The notes under the pieces: generated by a model
Told to the model about the DNA's origin: nothing
The model's input: only the letters and a program-made list of their open reading frames with translations
Databases searched by the model: none
Shown here: positions 25,001 to 37,192 of the stretch, piece after piece
Position numbering within the stretch: the stretch's first letter is position 1
Layout: every line of letters starts with the position of its first letter
Program-made: the position numbers and the translations under genes
From: Moniliella sp. 'wahieum'
Lineage: Eukaryota
Assembly: GCA_003971905.1 (NCBI GenBank)
Contig: RSEE01000004.1
Location: 1,240,001-1,304,000 of the forward strand
Length of the DNA: 64,000 bases
Direction: 5' to 3'

Positions 25001-26887
25001 GCACCCCAAAAGCTTGGGGGCATGTTCATTGATGGCTGGGGTTGGTAAAAGGGGGACAAGGCGTTGGAAAAATACTTGAACCCGTCGTCCCGTATCAAGT
25101 CGTACTGGCAGGACCGGTCCACTGCCAAGATGCGCGCCCAAATGTAGATCAACACAGGTTTGAGGTCAAGTGCGGGCGACTGGAGCAACTTGAGCACGTA
25201 GGGGAAAATCCCGATGCTCAACGCTTGGTTCACCGCCCAAGGACCCAGGTCCAAGAAGGAGGAAGAAGGACGAGGGCGCGAAGACGATGTACTTGAGAGA
25301 GGAGAACCTGAAGGACGACCGGCAGCTGCTCTGGCGGCTCCCGCACTGGCTCCCCCACATCGTCTTCGTACTCGAATGTGCCCGCCACCACACCCGAGTC
25401 GCCCATAGGCCGACGGTTCATCGGCACCCGCGACGCGCCCGCTTGAAGAATCCAAACCTCAAACGCTGAAAGCTGGTCCGTGAAGAAAGAAGAGGACTTG
25501 TGCTCCACCCCTTCGAGCTCAGGCGGCATGGGGTGTTGTTCTGGGCAAGCGCCAAGGCGGCGTTGGCGTGTCGTACAAGCAGCGGAAGCTGTTGAATCAT
25601 CTGGTCCAGGGCCATATCCCAGTCGGCCCACATGCGGTGGTTGTGGGTCTCGGGCAGAGCCGGGTGGCTGACGGGGTACAGTGGTACAAGCGCATGATTC
25701 GCTCGGCCAAGAGAAAGTTACGCATCAAGGCCGCGACCAACAGGTCGTCTCGGAACAAACGCCGGAACAAGGGACGCGGGAAGGTGGACCAAGCGATTGT
25801 ATCGGTGATGGAGGTGAAGATCCAGTTCAGCTCGCCGAGGGGCGTCCGGCGATCCTGCAGCCGGCCCGGGATGTCCATGACGAGTTGGAGATCGGTAGGG
25901 GAATTGAGCTTGCTGTTCTGGATCATGTAAACGCAGACTCGTCTCAATGGGCGAAGTGAGACAGGAAGTGAACAGATCGGCCGGCAACTCGGGCGCCGTG
26001 GGGAGCGATTCGTCCGCCGCGCAGGCTGCCAAGTGGATCGACTCGCGTACGGGAAAAGAGTCGGGTGCAGCTTGTGTGCCCGAAGCGCCGCCAGCGGGAG
26101 GGGTAGTCTTCTGATTCCCTGAGACGGTGGGGTTGCGCCACTAGAGCTGCTCTTTTCTTGGCCTGCGGAGCGGAGGCCAGCGGCCATGGCAGCGCGTCGT
26201 TCGGCAAGGCGATGACTGTGGTTGACAATGTTTCCTGCGTTACTTGCATCCCACACGTAGATGCATGGGCTTCCGAGTGAGGTTTGGAGCTCGGCGAGGG
26301 TAACCGGGATGTATTGAGTGTAGGCCTTTGAACACCCAGATCTCTCCGCTGGGGGTGGGACGGGGTACGCCATAGCCGTTGTAGTAGAAGAGCACACGCT
26401 CGTCCTTGGCGACGCGTCTTGATTGGCACAGTTCCGCTTCATCTCCTCCACGATTGGATCGGGAAAGACCTTGTACCGGGTCCTGGTGCTGAGAGTCTCG
26501 AACTGGGTCTGGAGCGCTCGGCCGATGGTGTTGAGCGCCTTGGAGTTGTCCAGCTCGCTGGGCTCGATCCAGCCAGCATGCTCGCCGATGGCTGGGCGCG
26601 GTTTGCATCGGGAGGGTCGACACCGATGTTGAGGCACAGGGTGAGGCTGGCGACGATGGTCCTGAGGCGGTCCTTCATGCGCCGTCAGGGGCGTCGCGCG
26701 GGTCGCGGGGGCGGGGGAGGGCGTCGGTGCGATGGCGGCGGTGGGTGTAGAATGTGATGTAGTTGATGGGCGCGGGGGGTCGAGGGGGGTGGGGGGGGCG
26801 GAGGAGGAGGGCGCCGTGGCGGAGGTGCTCCTCGTCGGGCAGGGCGGCGGGGCGGCCGTTGGGGACGGCGGGCTGGGCAGCGAGCAT
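22050..26887 (-). CDS. KOG1: TORC1 subunit Raptor (Kog1/Mip1): RNC domain, HEAT/ARM repeats, WD40
   Basis: [158 protein letters not shown]40 [14 protein letters not shown]. Start inferred at gccATG 26887; end approximate. Confidence 0.97.
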
Positions 26888-27204
26888 GGCGCACGCAGGC
26901 CAAGCAGGCGGTGGAAGCGGCAGCTTTCCTCCTCGATAATCAGCGCGCCGGCCATCGTTCGGGCGAGCGCGGGCGGGTCGTAAGCTGCCTCGTGGCAGCT
27001 GGCTGGACAGCCAGGGCGGCGCCGTGCGGGCTGGACGCAGTAGGGTTGCACGCGCACGCCTGTGCAAGGGGACGATCGTGAGGGGGACGTGGATGGTCGA
27101 TGACGACCCAGTCCAGCTGATCTCCCGGCGGCGCGGCGCGTCTTTCGCCGCCACGTCGGGGCGCGCCTCGTGGCGTGCGACCCACCGCCGCCGCGCCGCC
27201 CGCC

Positions 27205-30200
27205 ATGCCGCCCTCGTGGCAAGCCTCCCTCGACCAGATCGCCAGCGACAGCCGCCCGCCGCCCCCGGCCCTGCGCCCACCGGCCCGCTGCCGCCGCAGC
27301 ACTCCCCGCGCTGCGCCGCCCGCCGCAACAGCCGCCCGCCCGCTCCTCCCGCGTTCAGCTCAAGCTGCCCTCCGACATTGTCGTCCTCTCCTCGGCGTCC
27401 GAGTCCGAGTCCGAGTCCGAGTCCGCACCGTCCAAACGCATCCCCTCCTCGGCTCCCACCCGGTCGAGCCAACGCTCGGGTCAGGCAGCTCGCGCGAACG
27501 CGGTCGCAATCGATAGCAGCGACGAGGAATACACGCCCCCCCCTCGCCGCCCCGTACGCCCAATGCTTCCGGAGCCAGTCTGTATTCTTCCCCGCATCTT
27601 CCCCAGAGCACCCCCCAATCCTCTGCGACCGCCGCACACGCTCCTGCTGGCAGTGCCTCCACCAGGAGTCGCAGGTCTCTAGTCACGCCCTCGAGCCTAT
27701 TCAGGCCAATGTCTCCTCTCCCATGGGACTGCGAGCGCCAACCCAGTCCATTCCGACCCCCCCCCATCTGTTAAGGCAGATGTGGGGCCCGCGTCTTTAC
27801 CGCCGCCTTCTGTACCGCTCGCTGGATCTCCCTTCCCCAACGCCCCTGGAGCGAACCCCCCCGGCAGTGTTGCTCTGGCGCCTCCCCTTCAAGACACCCC
27901 CACCTTGGCTCTCAAGAACAGCCGCTTCCTGACCCTTTCTCGCCACCATTACCCCAAATGGCTTGCAAGCTGTCCCGGGACCCCTTACCGCGCCAGCTGC
28001 TCAAGACAATCAAGTGTGCCTCGGCGTCATCGAGGTAAGCTGGTTGCGCTCAAGGGACTGCCCCCTCAAATTCTTACGTTCCAACAACCGAAACCGTTCC
28101 TCCCAGATCACGCCCGAGGAGGAACAGATGGAAGCGGCTCGGGCCGATATGGATCTAAAGACGACCCCCATGCAATGGCCCGGGATCTCCACCTTCTGGG
28201 CGCGTAGGGGTACCCGCCCTGTTTTCATGCACCCTCCTGCGCTGCAAGAGGGAGGAGGTCCTGCTCTCCAGGCCGCGCGCCAGAGGGAACGGCTGGTATC
28301 GCTGGTGGTTCCTCATCTCTACCTTCCCTGGCCCCCCAAGCCCTCACGAGCTGCCTCACTGGGCCTGAACCTTGCCAGTGCCTGGCACCGCTATATGCCT
28401 GGAAGCAACCCCCCCTGTTGGACCCCCTTTGCTGCTGTGGCAGACACGCACGCACAGCCCCTTCATGCCTTTGTCAACGGGTTTAATCCGACGTTCGAAT
28501 GCAGCGTACCAATGGTGCGCCACTCCAAACAAACAGTATGTTACGCCTGCCTCCTCCATTCGTACATTGTTAACCAACCTCTGCCCAGAACACCTCGCAC
28601 AAGATGAACATGCTCGTCTTTGTTGCAGCGAGCCAAGCAGAAGTCGCGGCGGCATTTCTCTGGTCCCAGAAATTGTACCTCCGCGAACCGGACGCGTATC
28701 GACCCGAGACTATCCGGGAAGCCAGTCGTGACCAACCCGCACAATGTTTATCGCCAACAAACGGGATGGGGGTTGACCTCCCCCAACTCCCTCGGCAATT
28801 GGCAGGGGATGGAGTAATGACCCGCGTTCTGGCTGCGATGGAGGAAGGTGTGGACAGACCTCCTGCCACCCAGGCCGAAAGCAGCGAATGCACAGCGGTT
28901 TGGTGATACGGCCAACATGACGAATGAGGCCAAGATGGCAATGGTGGACGATGCGTACGATACGCTGCAGCACAACGAGGATGTTCCTGAGGTGGAGCCG
29001 AACGAGTTGATCCGGACCCGACTCTTCCCGCATCAGAAAAAGGCGCTCGGGTTCCTCCTGATGCGGGAGAAGGAACGGGACTTTGATACGGTGGGGAAGA
29101 TGTTGCATGCGCGTGACCGCGCCCACCGAGCTGGAGAACTCCCTCCCGCTGAAGCTGAAGCCGAGGTGGACGAGAGGGGTCTCGGGTTGACCGCGGAAGA
29201 TAGGGCACAAGATGGCGGGACTGTCTCCCTGTGGAAACCTGTAGTGAACCGCGGTGGGCGGATTGTGCGGTACTTTAACGTGGTGACCCAAGAGAGCCAA
29301 ACCCTGCGCCCTAACATTTGCCGTGGTGCGATCCTTGCCGACGACATGGGGTTGGGAAAGACGATTAGCGTCATCTCCCTCATGGCATATACGCGTTCGC
29401 AAGCCTTGGCCTGGAGCCAGACCCGTCCCCCAGGCAAAGCGGGTAAGGCGCCTTCGGCTGTATCTTCCCATGTCGGGGTCAGTGCTGCCAATGTGTCGGC
29501 CTACCTGCTCGATTCCTCCTCAGGCTCAGACTCGGACTCGGACTCGTCCCTGGATCGCTCCTTGGGTATCAGACCGACAACGAAAAAGCGTGCCGTCGGA
29601 CGGCCTTCAGCAGGGGTGCGCGCTGGCAAACCCGCGGCAAGGGCGGTCCCGTTACGAGCGCCACCCAAGGCCACCAGCCACCCAAGACGGTCGATACATC
29701 CAAAATGTCCCGCGCGGAACGGATCAAATACCAAGAGCAAGTGCGGATTGATCACCTGGAGGTGCGCTCCCGCGCCACCCTTATTGTCTGCCCCATGTCG
29801 GTTATCTCCAATTGGCAAGACCAAATCGAAGAGCACTGGGGTTCGGCTCATCGTCCCAAGATTCTCATTTATCATGGCCAGCAGCGGCCCAAGGATATAC
29901 GGGAGATTGCTGGGTACGATGTAGTGCTCACTACCTACTCTACCGTCGCATCCGAATTTAGCAACCAGACCATCTGGCGCGACTATACGGTGCGCGTGCA
30001 GAAGAACAACGAGGAGATGGTCCAGTCAGATTTTTCAGAGAGCGAGGAGGAGCAACCCATGCATGATGCCGAAGGCAACCACATCGCGACCATGGGACGT
30101 GACATTCAACACAAGCTCAAGAAACGCAAACGTACCAAGACCTCGGCGCGAACACGCGAGCCCCACCTGAACCCACTTCAACGCATCGAGTGGTTCCGCG

Positions 30201-32363
30201 TCGTGCTGGACGAAGCGCACATTATCAAGGACTGCATGACTTGGCAGAGCCGAGCGGTGTGCAACCTTTCTGCACAGCGGAGGACTGCGTTAACTGGTAC
30301 TCATCCGATCCAAACGCGCCTCGGACTTGTATGCTTTGGTTCGCTTCCTTCGCCTGGAACCATTCGCCGACCGAGCCAAGTGGAACTATTGGTGCAACGT
30401 CTCCAAGGCCGGTTTGACCCTTTCGGGCGCACGCAACTTTAACATCAAACATGACACAGTTGCCTTCCGCCGTGTGCAGACCATCGTCAAGTTTCTCACC
30501 TTGCGTCGGTCCAAGCAGAGTAAAGGGCGGATGGCAAACCCATCCTGTCTCTTCCGCCCAAGCATGCTGTTATCTCCCGTCTTCCCTTTTCAGAATGGAG
30601 AAGGCCAAGTACCTGGCCATGCACGATATCTTCCGCGAAGACTTTGTCGATATGGCTCTTGCTGCCCAAGGGTTTAAAGATGCCAAAAAGAGCACCAGCC
30701 ACATTCTCCAGGAGATCACCTTCTTACGTCTCACCTGCGACCATGCAGATATGACCGACGATGGCTTGGATCTCAAGCCTGAAAACCTGGACAAGTCGGC
30801 AGGGGAAATGATCCAAAACCATGGTTGTCTCGTCCCCGAGCCCTGCGGTATTACGAGAACTGCGATCCAAGGGCGAGGCCGAGTGCGCACAGTGTCACCA
30901 ACAATTGGACATGGGCCTCGATGCGGCCGAGGCGGAAATGCGGGACCCGTATGGCCTGACCAGGGGGACCCGGTGGATACCGACTCGCTCCTCAAGCCCG
31001 TTCTGACTGCCTGCCTGCACCTCTTTTGCGCCCCATGTTGGGAGGCCTCTTTGCCCCACTACAGCACATGGCCCGAGCCCAGTGCGACCGAGATGAGCAA
31101 ATGCACGGTGTGCCAATCAGAGTTGAAGGTGTTGCTCGAGAGCTTGGTCTTGCTCCCGACCGACTTTGACCAGTTGGACAACGATGTGGACCTCCCCTCC
31201 CCTCCCCCGAGTCCCGGCGGTAAAATCTGGGAGCAGCACGATCTGGACGATGAGGACGACGATTACTTTGTCGACAGCAAGCCCGGGGGCCGTGTGGACC
31301 CGAAGCTGCGGTCGCAGGCACAAGAGTTGCAGGCCACCACCGTGGCGCAGGCCTTGTCCAATCGGCCCGACCTGAGCACCAAGATGCTCATGTTGTTGCG
31401 GGACTTGCTCCAGTTTTCAGCGTGCAACCCATCGAGTAGATTGTACGATGCCCGGGCCCCCCAGGACCATATCCCCACCCCACCCGAACAGCTCGTGGTC
31501 TTGCAAAAGGAGCGAGAAAAGCTGATTCAACTCAACATGCAAGCGCAGCAACAGGCCATCACCAAGGCCAAGGAGCAACTGCAGCAGTATCGCCAACGCC
31601 AAAATGAGCAGGGCCGAAGGCATGGGCGACACGGACCCCCATCCGCGGGGCAAGAGGAAGAATTGGACCAGCACGAGGTGGCCCTGATGACACTTGGAGC
31701 CGAGCGGACTGTGAGTCGGCCTCAAGCCGAAGCCGAGGTACCTGATGTGCCCACGGTCCAAGTGGGTGTGTGGACCCCTTCGCATCCCGGGAAGAGTACC
31801 GGCCCCTCAAGTCGGTCGTGTTTTCCCAGTGGACGCGTATGCTGGGCAAGGTGCGCAAAGCGATCGAACGCTCGGGCATTCGGACCGCCCAACTCGACGG
31901 TACGATGGGCCGAGAAGAACGGGTGGCCGCGTTGAATGCGTTCCGCCTCGACCCCAAAATCGAAGTGCTTCTTGTGTCGCTCAAATCGGGAGGCGTAGGG
32001 CTCAACCTGGCTTCGTCCAGTTCGCGGGCGTACCTTTTGGATCCAGCGTGGAACCCGGCCGTGGAAGCGCAGGCGCTTGACCGGATTTACCGCCTGGGGC
32101 AAACCCGACCGGTAATCACGATCAAGTTGGTCATGAACCACTCGATTGAGGAAAACATGCTGCTTCTCCAAGCTCGAAAGAACGAGCTGGCGCAATCGAT
32201 TGGGGCCAAGCGCGACCCGCGCAAGAACCGCGCCGACTTGCAGCGCGATCTGCAGCAACTATTTGGTACCACCGACCGGTTGCGGATGGACAATGGAAAC
32301 GAAGCCCCCGACGCTGGGCCAGACCACGATGGGCGCCTACCCTCTCGCTCCCCCTTGGGTTGA
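27205..32363 (+). CDS. SNF2-family ATPase with inserted RING finger (Rad5/HLTF/Uls1-Rrp2-like)
   Basis: Q motif LFPHQKKAL; motif I GAILADDMGLGKT; Ia TLIVCPMSVISNW; DVVLTTY; II WFRVVLDEAH; III ALTGT; RING CAQC...CLHLFCAPC...CTVC; IV VVFSQW; LDGTM; V SLKSGGVGLNL; VI DPAWNPAVEAQALDRIYRLGQ. Many frameshifts; start inferred. Confidence 0.94.
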
Positions 32364-32936
32364 GTGCTTGGGCCATGCACCCACTGTGGCCACCAGTGAG
32401 CTGCCCCAAGAAAAACCAATCGAGGACATTGGTGGCCTCTATCAGGTCCGCAGTTGTATACCTATGCAATGGTTCTTCTGTTCTTCTATTCGTCTTCGCA
32501 TCGCATTTTCGGCTTTTTGGTGGGCCGTGATCTGTGTTGGATGCCCCGTCCCCCGCCCTCATGTCCTGCTTGACACATACCAGGCTGCCCAAGCCTCTTC
32601 GTTGCTTTCAATCCCCTTTGTGTTGTCCTCAATGAAGAATTGTAAATGAGTATCAATCGCCGTTGAACACCGGGGTTTGCATGTGTCGCTTGTGTCGACA
32701 TTGGTTTAGCGGAGCGCGAGACGCAGCAAGGCTAGGGAAACGTTGGGATACCAACCACATAGCAGATACCACGCATACTGTCGGAACCAGGGCCACGGTG
32801 GGTTATGGGGTGAAGCGCCATGTGGCTGCGCGGGCTGGCACCGCCATGTGCGTGATTACAGACAGAAGAATAGCAACCCGTGATCACGCACCCACCTTTA
32901 AACTAGTCTAGCCACAAAGAATCTGCAGCATCAATA

Positions 32937-33017
32937 GGACGGCTGGCGCAATGGTAGCGCGTCTGACTACGACTGGTTGTAATCAGGAGGTTGCAGGTTC
33001 GACCCCTGCGTCGTTCG
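32937..33017 (+). tRNA. tRNA-Arg(ACG) with a 9-nt intron (32973-32981)
   Basis: Acceptor GGACGGC/GTCGTTC, D stem GCGC/GCGC, anticodon stem TCTGA/TCAGG, anticodon ACG 32969-32971, T arm GCAGG-TTCGACC-CCTGC; T-run terminator 33038-33042. Confidence 0.95.
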
Positions 33018-33889
33018 ACCCGACAGGGCGTCCTTCCTTTTTCCTCGGTTCTTTTGCAGACCCATTCAAGTCCACCCACACAACAAATGCATGCTCCAGT
33101 GTCGCGAGCCCAACACTGGTAACCAAACATCCCATGCGGACAACAGGCTCGCATGTGGGCCCATTGCGGTTCTGTAGCACGACCAGTGTCTCAGGGAACA
33201 TGGCTGCTTTTTTAGCGTTTCTCCTGCTTGAAGATCCCACTGTCCGCACTAGCGTCTGACGCAAGGGCTCGGCTCCCCGATCCCTCCGAGCTGGCAGACA
33301 TGTTGATAATCTTCTGAGCGACCAGACTGTCCAGGAAGAGTGGAAGCTACGAGGTTGGATTAACCGTTGGTAGCTCAGCGGCCTGCCACATTCAGTATAG
33401 TTGGAAGGCCACAATATCCCTTGCATGGGGGGGTACTACCAGTGTGTTGCTCGTTGCACTTCAATCTGCCATATCCAACGTTCACCAGGCTCAACGCGCA
33501 TTCACGTGGTACCTCCATCTCTCAATTGTCCTCGCCATTCCTAGCGCAGCTGCTCAACTCATGTTCCTTCAACGTGGTCATAACCAAGAGACCCTGGAAC
33601 ACAGGAATACATGGACGCTCACATTTGTTCGCTCTCTTCTCTGGAAGAAACGGACCTTAGTTGTCTCCGAGCACTATGCCAGATATACCCAGTGCAGACG
33701 AGCAGCGGATCAGGTAGGATCATACCCGCAGATGAGGAGCCATAGAAGTAATATGCGTCGATGATCCTTGGTGTGCCAAGGTTTTTGGATGTATACAGGA
33801 AGCACTGTCCCTGGCCAGACCGCGGCTCAGGCGGGGTACAGCAAGTGGACCGTCTCCCAAACCCCGAGGAACAAACGAAGCCAATCGAC

Positions 33890-34324
33890 TTAGTTCTTGG
33901 GGGCAATCTCCGAAACCTCCAGACCAGGAGGGAGGGACTGCTTGAGCTTGGCAGCCATCTCGGCGTCCTTGAGAACCAGAGTGTAGAGGTTCTTGCTGGT
34001 GCGCAGCTTGAACTTGTACACCTTGTTGTCCCCTTCTTGCTCTTCTTGCCCTTCTTGGCCACAACCGAAGGCTTGACCACAGACGTCTTGAGACGCGCCG
34101 CAGTCGCGTCCTTGCGACGAGCAAACTCAAGGAACTGTTTGATCTCAGTGATCTGCTTGGGCTAGAGGGAAGAAAAACTTGTCAGCTCGTCCCTTCCAAC
34201 CCGTGCCCGTCCCGGCTCGAATAACCACGCTCTCCCTGGAAAGCACAGGGTTCGGCGTGAAGTAAACGAGGCGTAGGAAGGAGGAGGCTGCGGGCCGCAA
34301 CAACGGCAGACGCGTACTCACCAT
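33890..34324 (-). CDS. RPL38: 60S ribosomal protein L38 (eL38)
   Basis: ATG 34324, intron 34162-34321 (GTGAGT...GCTGAC...TAG), then [19 protein letters not shown]...[41 protein letters not shown]. Needs one base restored in the G run near 34030. Confidence 0.95.
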
Positions 34325-34706
34325 CGTGCTCAGTGTCCGGGTACTTGGCGACAAGCAAGTTGGGCGGCCACGCCAACTTCGCAGCCACACGCCAAGGACC
34401 AACCCTAGGAGCAGAGCAACAGTGCCGAACCCTATTCACGGCCGGCGCAATAAAAGCACCAAGGGAAGCTGGGAGGCGCTTACCTGAAATGTTTCATTCG
34501 GTGACTGCTGTTTGCACAGTTTACCCCACCCGCTCCTCCGCGCCTCAGCACCCGTGTATCGCCCTGCAATATGGCGAGTGATGAGGAGACTATTGTGCTG
34601 CTCTGGCGCCTCCCGCGCGTCCGGACACTACAGCATGGCAAAATGACCCGCGTCGGATGATGCAGATGATGCAAGTGTGTACTACCAACACCCCCTGATT
34701 TTGGCT

Positions 34707-36696
34707 TCACCTCTGCTCGCGAAGCATGAGCCAGGCAAGCACGCCCACCGACGCAGCACCCACAACCCACCTGGGGTTGAGCAGACCAGCCGATGACTTG
34801 CCGCCGGGTGTTTCGGCTCGCTGTGCCGACGGTGGGGACACAGGCCGAGAGTTGGGCAAGCAAGGCAGCATGCTGGTTGGCCAAGAGTTGCCAGCGGAGA
34901 TCTTGAGCTTGCTCCCACTCCTTTTGCGCAGCCGCGTCCGAGGCCATTGTGGCTCCAGGTGGGCCAGACGGGCAGCAAATGCATCGTCGCCGTCGGCGTC
35001 TTCAGCATGCCCATTGATCTGGCCATTCGGAACTCCATTTGATCGCGGCAACAGATGAGATTCCAGAGCGTGCAATCGTACTTCGAGGTCTGACGGCGGA
35101 GAGACATTCTTTTCGGGTTCCCTGTGCCCATTGAGCCTTGGTTCAGGCTCCAGGGGCTCAACGACTGTGTCCACACTGGCGACGCTCTGATCATCCCTCC
35201 CTTCTAGTGAGGGGCGAGACTCGACGAGCTGACGCAACTCTGCCAGTTCAGAAAGAAGTTGTTCTTGTTGCTCCATGGTCGAGTCCAGGAGATGCATCCT
35301 TTCGCTCTGGGCCTGGAGAGCCGTCTGGACTGCTTGCAACGTCTGCTGCAACGCCACCACCTCGCTTGATGCTTCTCTTGTTTGAGGTGGGGGTTCTGAC
35401 CGTGATTCTTGCCGCGGGGCAACAGTTTTGTGCACTTGATCCAACCCGGCGCGGGCCTGGTCGATCACAAGCCCGGTCTCGCGGCTTTGTTGGAGCTCAC
35501 TCTGGAGCTGGACAAGGAGCCGGTCAAAGGAAATGTTGGCATGATTTCCTCCGGCTCGGAACGAGGGTTGTGGGTTGCCCCCCACAGCTCCGTGACGCAT
35601 GTACATCGGCGGTCCTTCGGACGAAGGGCCGATCCCGATCCCCACCCCACCCATTCCACCTGCGCTGCCGTCCGAGGTATCCGGCGCGCCAGTTTGGGAC
35701 GCCACCACCGCGCGGGGGAGGGCGACCGCCATGGTAGATCCGGCCAAAGTCAGAACGGGCCAGGAGCGCCTCCTGCGCCGTGAGAACCAGCTGAACCTTG
35801 CAGGATACTTTGTGGTGGAGGATGGTGCGGTTGTCCTCGCCAGCAATGTCGATTCCAAATTCAACCAAGTCGTCCCGAGTGGAGCGGGAAGGCATTGCTT
35901 TCCTGGCCATCGCCGCTGAGGCGTTCGCCGTTCAGAAAGGTGCCATTGGAGGACTTGATATCTTTGATCCAGACCTTAATACAGAGTCAGCGCTTTTCTT
36001 TCGCTCTTTCGAGACCAAAGGGGAAAAAAAGAAGACATACTTGGTCGTGATCCAACCAGATCTCCGCATGCATCCGACTAAGCACCTTGGAGTCAAAATA
36101 CCCATTGGTAGGGGACGGCGCAGTCTTGTTGTTGGTCTGTCGACCAATTCTGATTCGCCCATTCCCGAGAGCGATCTGCTTGGGAAGAAGCTGTCGTCGA
36201 CGGAGAAGAGATGGAGAGCAGGGTAGACCAGTCCTTCGGATACGGATAGGCGGGATTGGGCTGGCTTGCAGGCGGACGGGGGCTGCCGGATGGCTCGGAG
36301 GCGGGCTGTAGGTGCACTTGCTGTAGGATTGGTTGGGTGGGCACAGAAGGACCCGACGGTGCTGTTTGAAGCGCAGCGTAAGTTCGCTGCCCCAGAGGCA
36401 ATGTCTGGGGCTGGGGCTGCGGCGGGGTTGCGGCTGTGGTTGCGGCTGGGGTTGTGGCTGGGGCTGGGGCTGCAACTGCGGACCAGGCGGAGGGGGGGGT
36501 TCTCGTCTGCTAACGAGAAGGAAGAGGCCGGAACCGCGGATGGTATCGCTGCGGATGGGGACGAGGCGAGGCAGGAGGAGCTGGGCAGGAGCTGGGGTGG
36601 AACCGAGGCGTCAGAAGCGGCTGGGGCCGGGCAGGCGCGTCGGAGGCTGCTGGCCTGCGGTTGGGCTGGGGGCGGGGCGGGCGGGGAAACGGACAT
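34707..36696 (-). CDS. VPS64: Tail-anchored FHA-domain coiled-coil protein (Vps64/Far9/Far10, SLMAP-like STRIPAK subunit)
   Basis: FHA: RIGRQTNNKTAPSPTNGYFDSKVLSRMHAEIW, intron 35975-36040, IKDIKSSNGTF, VEFGIDIAGEDNRTILHHKVSC; coiled-coil LQSELQQSRETG; C-terminal TM WVVGAASVGVLAWLML. Confidence 0.9.
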
Positions 36697-37192
36697 GGCA
36701 TGCCCGCCTGTGCAGTGTAGGCGGCTGCCGGGGAAGCGAGAGGCGCGCACACGAGGACGGGCTGGCGCGAGGAGCAAGACAGCCGAGTGGTGGTGGCAAC
36801 ACACCTCCGCACGTGGATGGGGGCGAGGGCTGCCCAGAGCTGCTGGGCTCGCGATGGGCTCGGGGTGTGCCAGCCTGCCTGTCTGCCTGCCTGCCCTGTT
36901 CGCCGCCCCCCGACGCAGCCATGGATGACGCGGCTGACGTAAGTATTCTACATCGTCCAGATCTCACGCATCATGTGGTGCGACAGCCAATTCACGTGCC
37001 CCCCGCCCCACCCCCGGCGCCACGACCAAGAACGGCTGACTATATGGCCACCTCCTCCCTCATCTAACGGAGCCAGTCCCCCGCCCCTGCTCTAGAATCA
37101 AATTGGTACTCAAGGTCCGTCCAATGCTAATTGCGGTTGTACGTTGGGGTAACCCAAGAGTGCAAGGAAGAGGACGAGTCATCCACCACAGC

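Noticed and set aside
27204..27207. Overlapping head-to-head start codons (CATG) for KOG1 and the helicase
   Set aside because: A better KOG1 start (gccATG at 26887) sits just before the conserved RHG...FYTHRRH region, leaving an ordinary spacer of about 320 bp.
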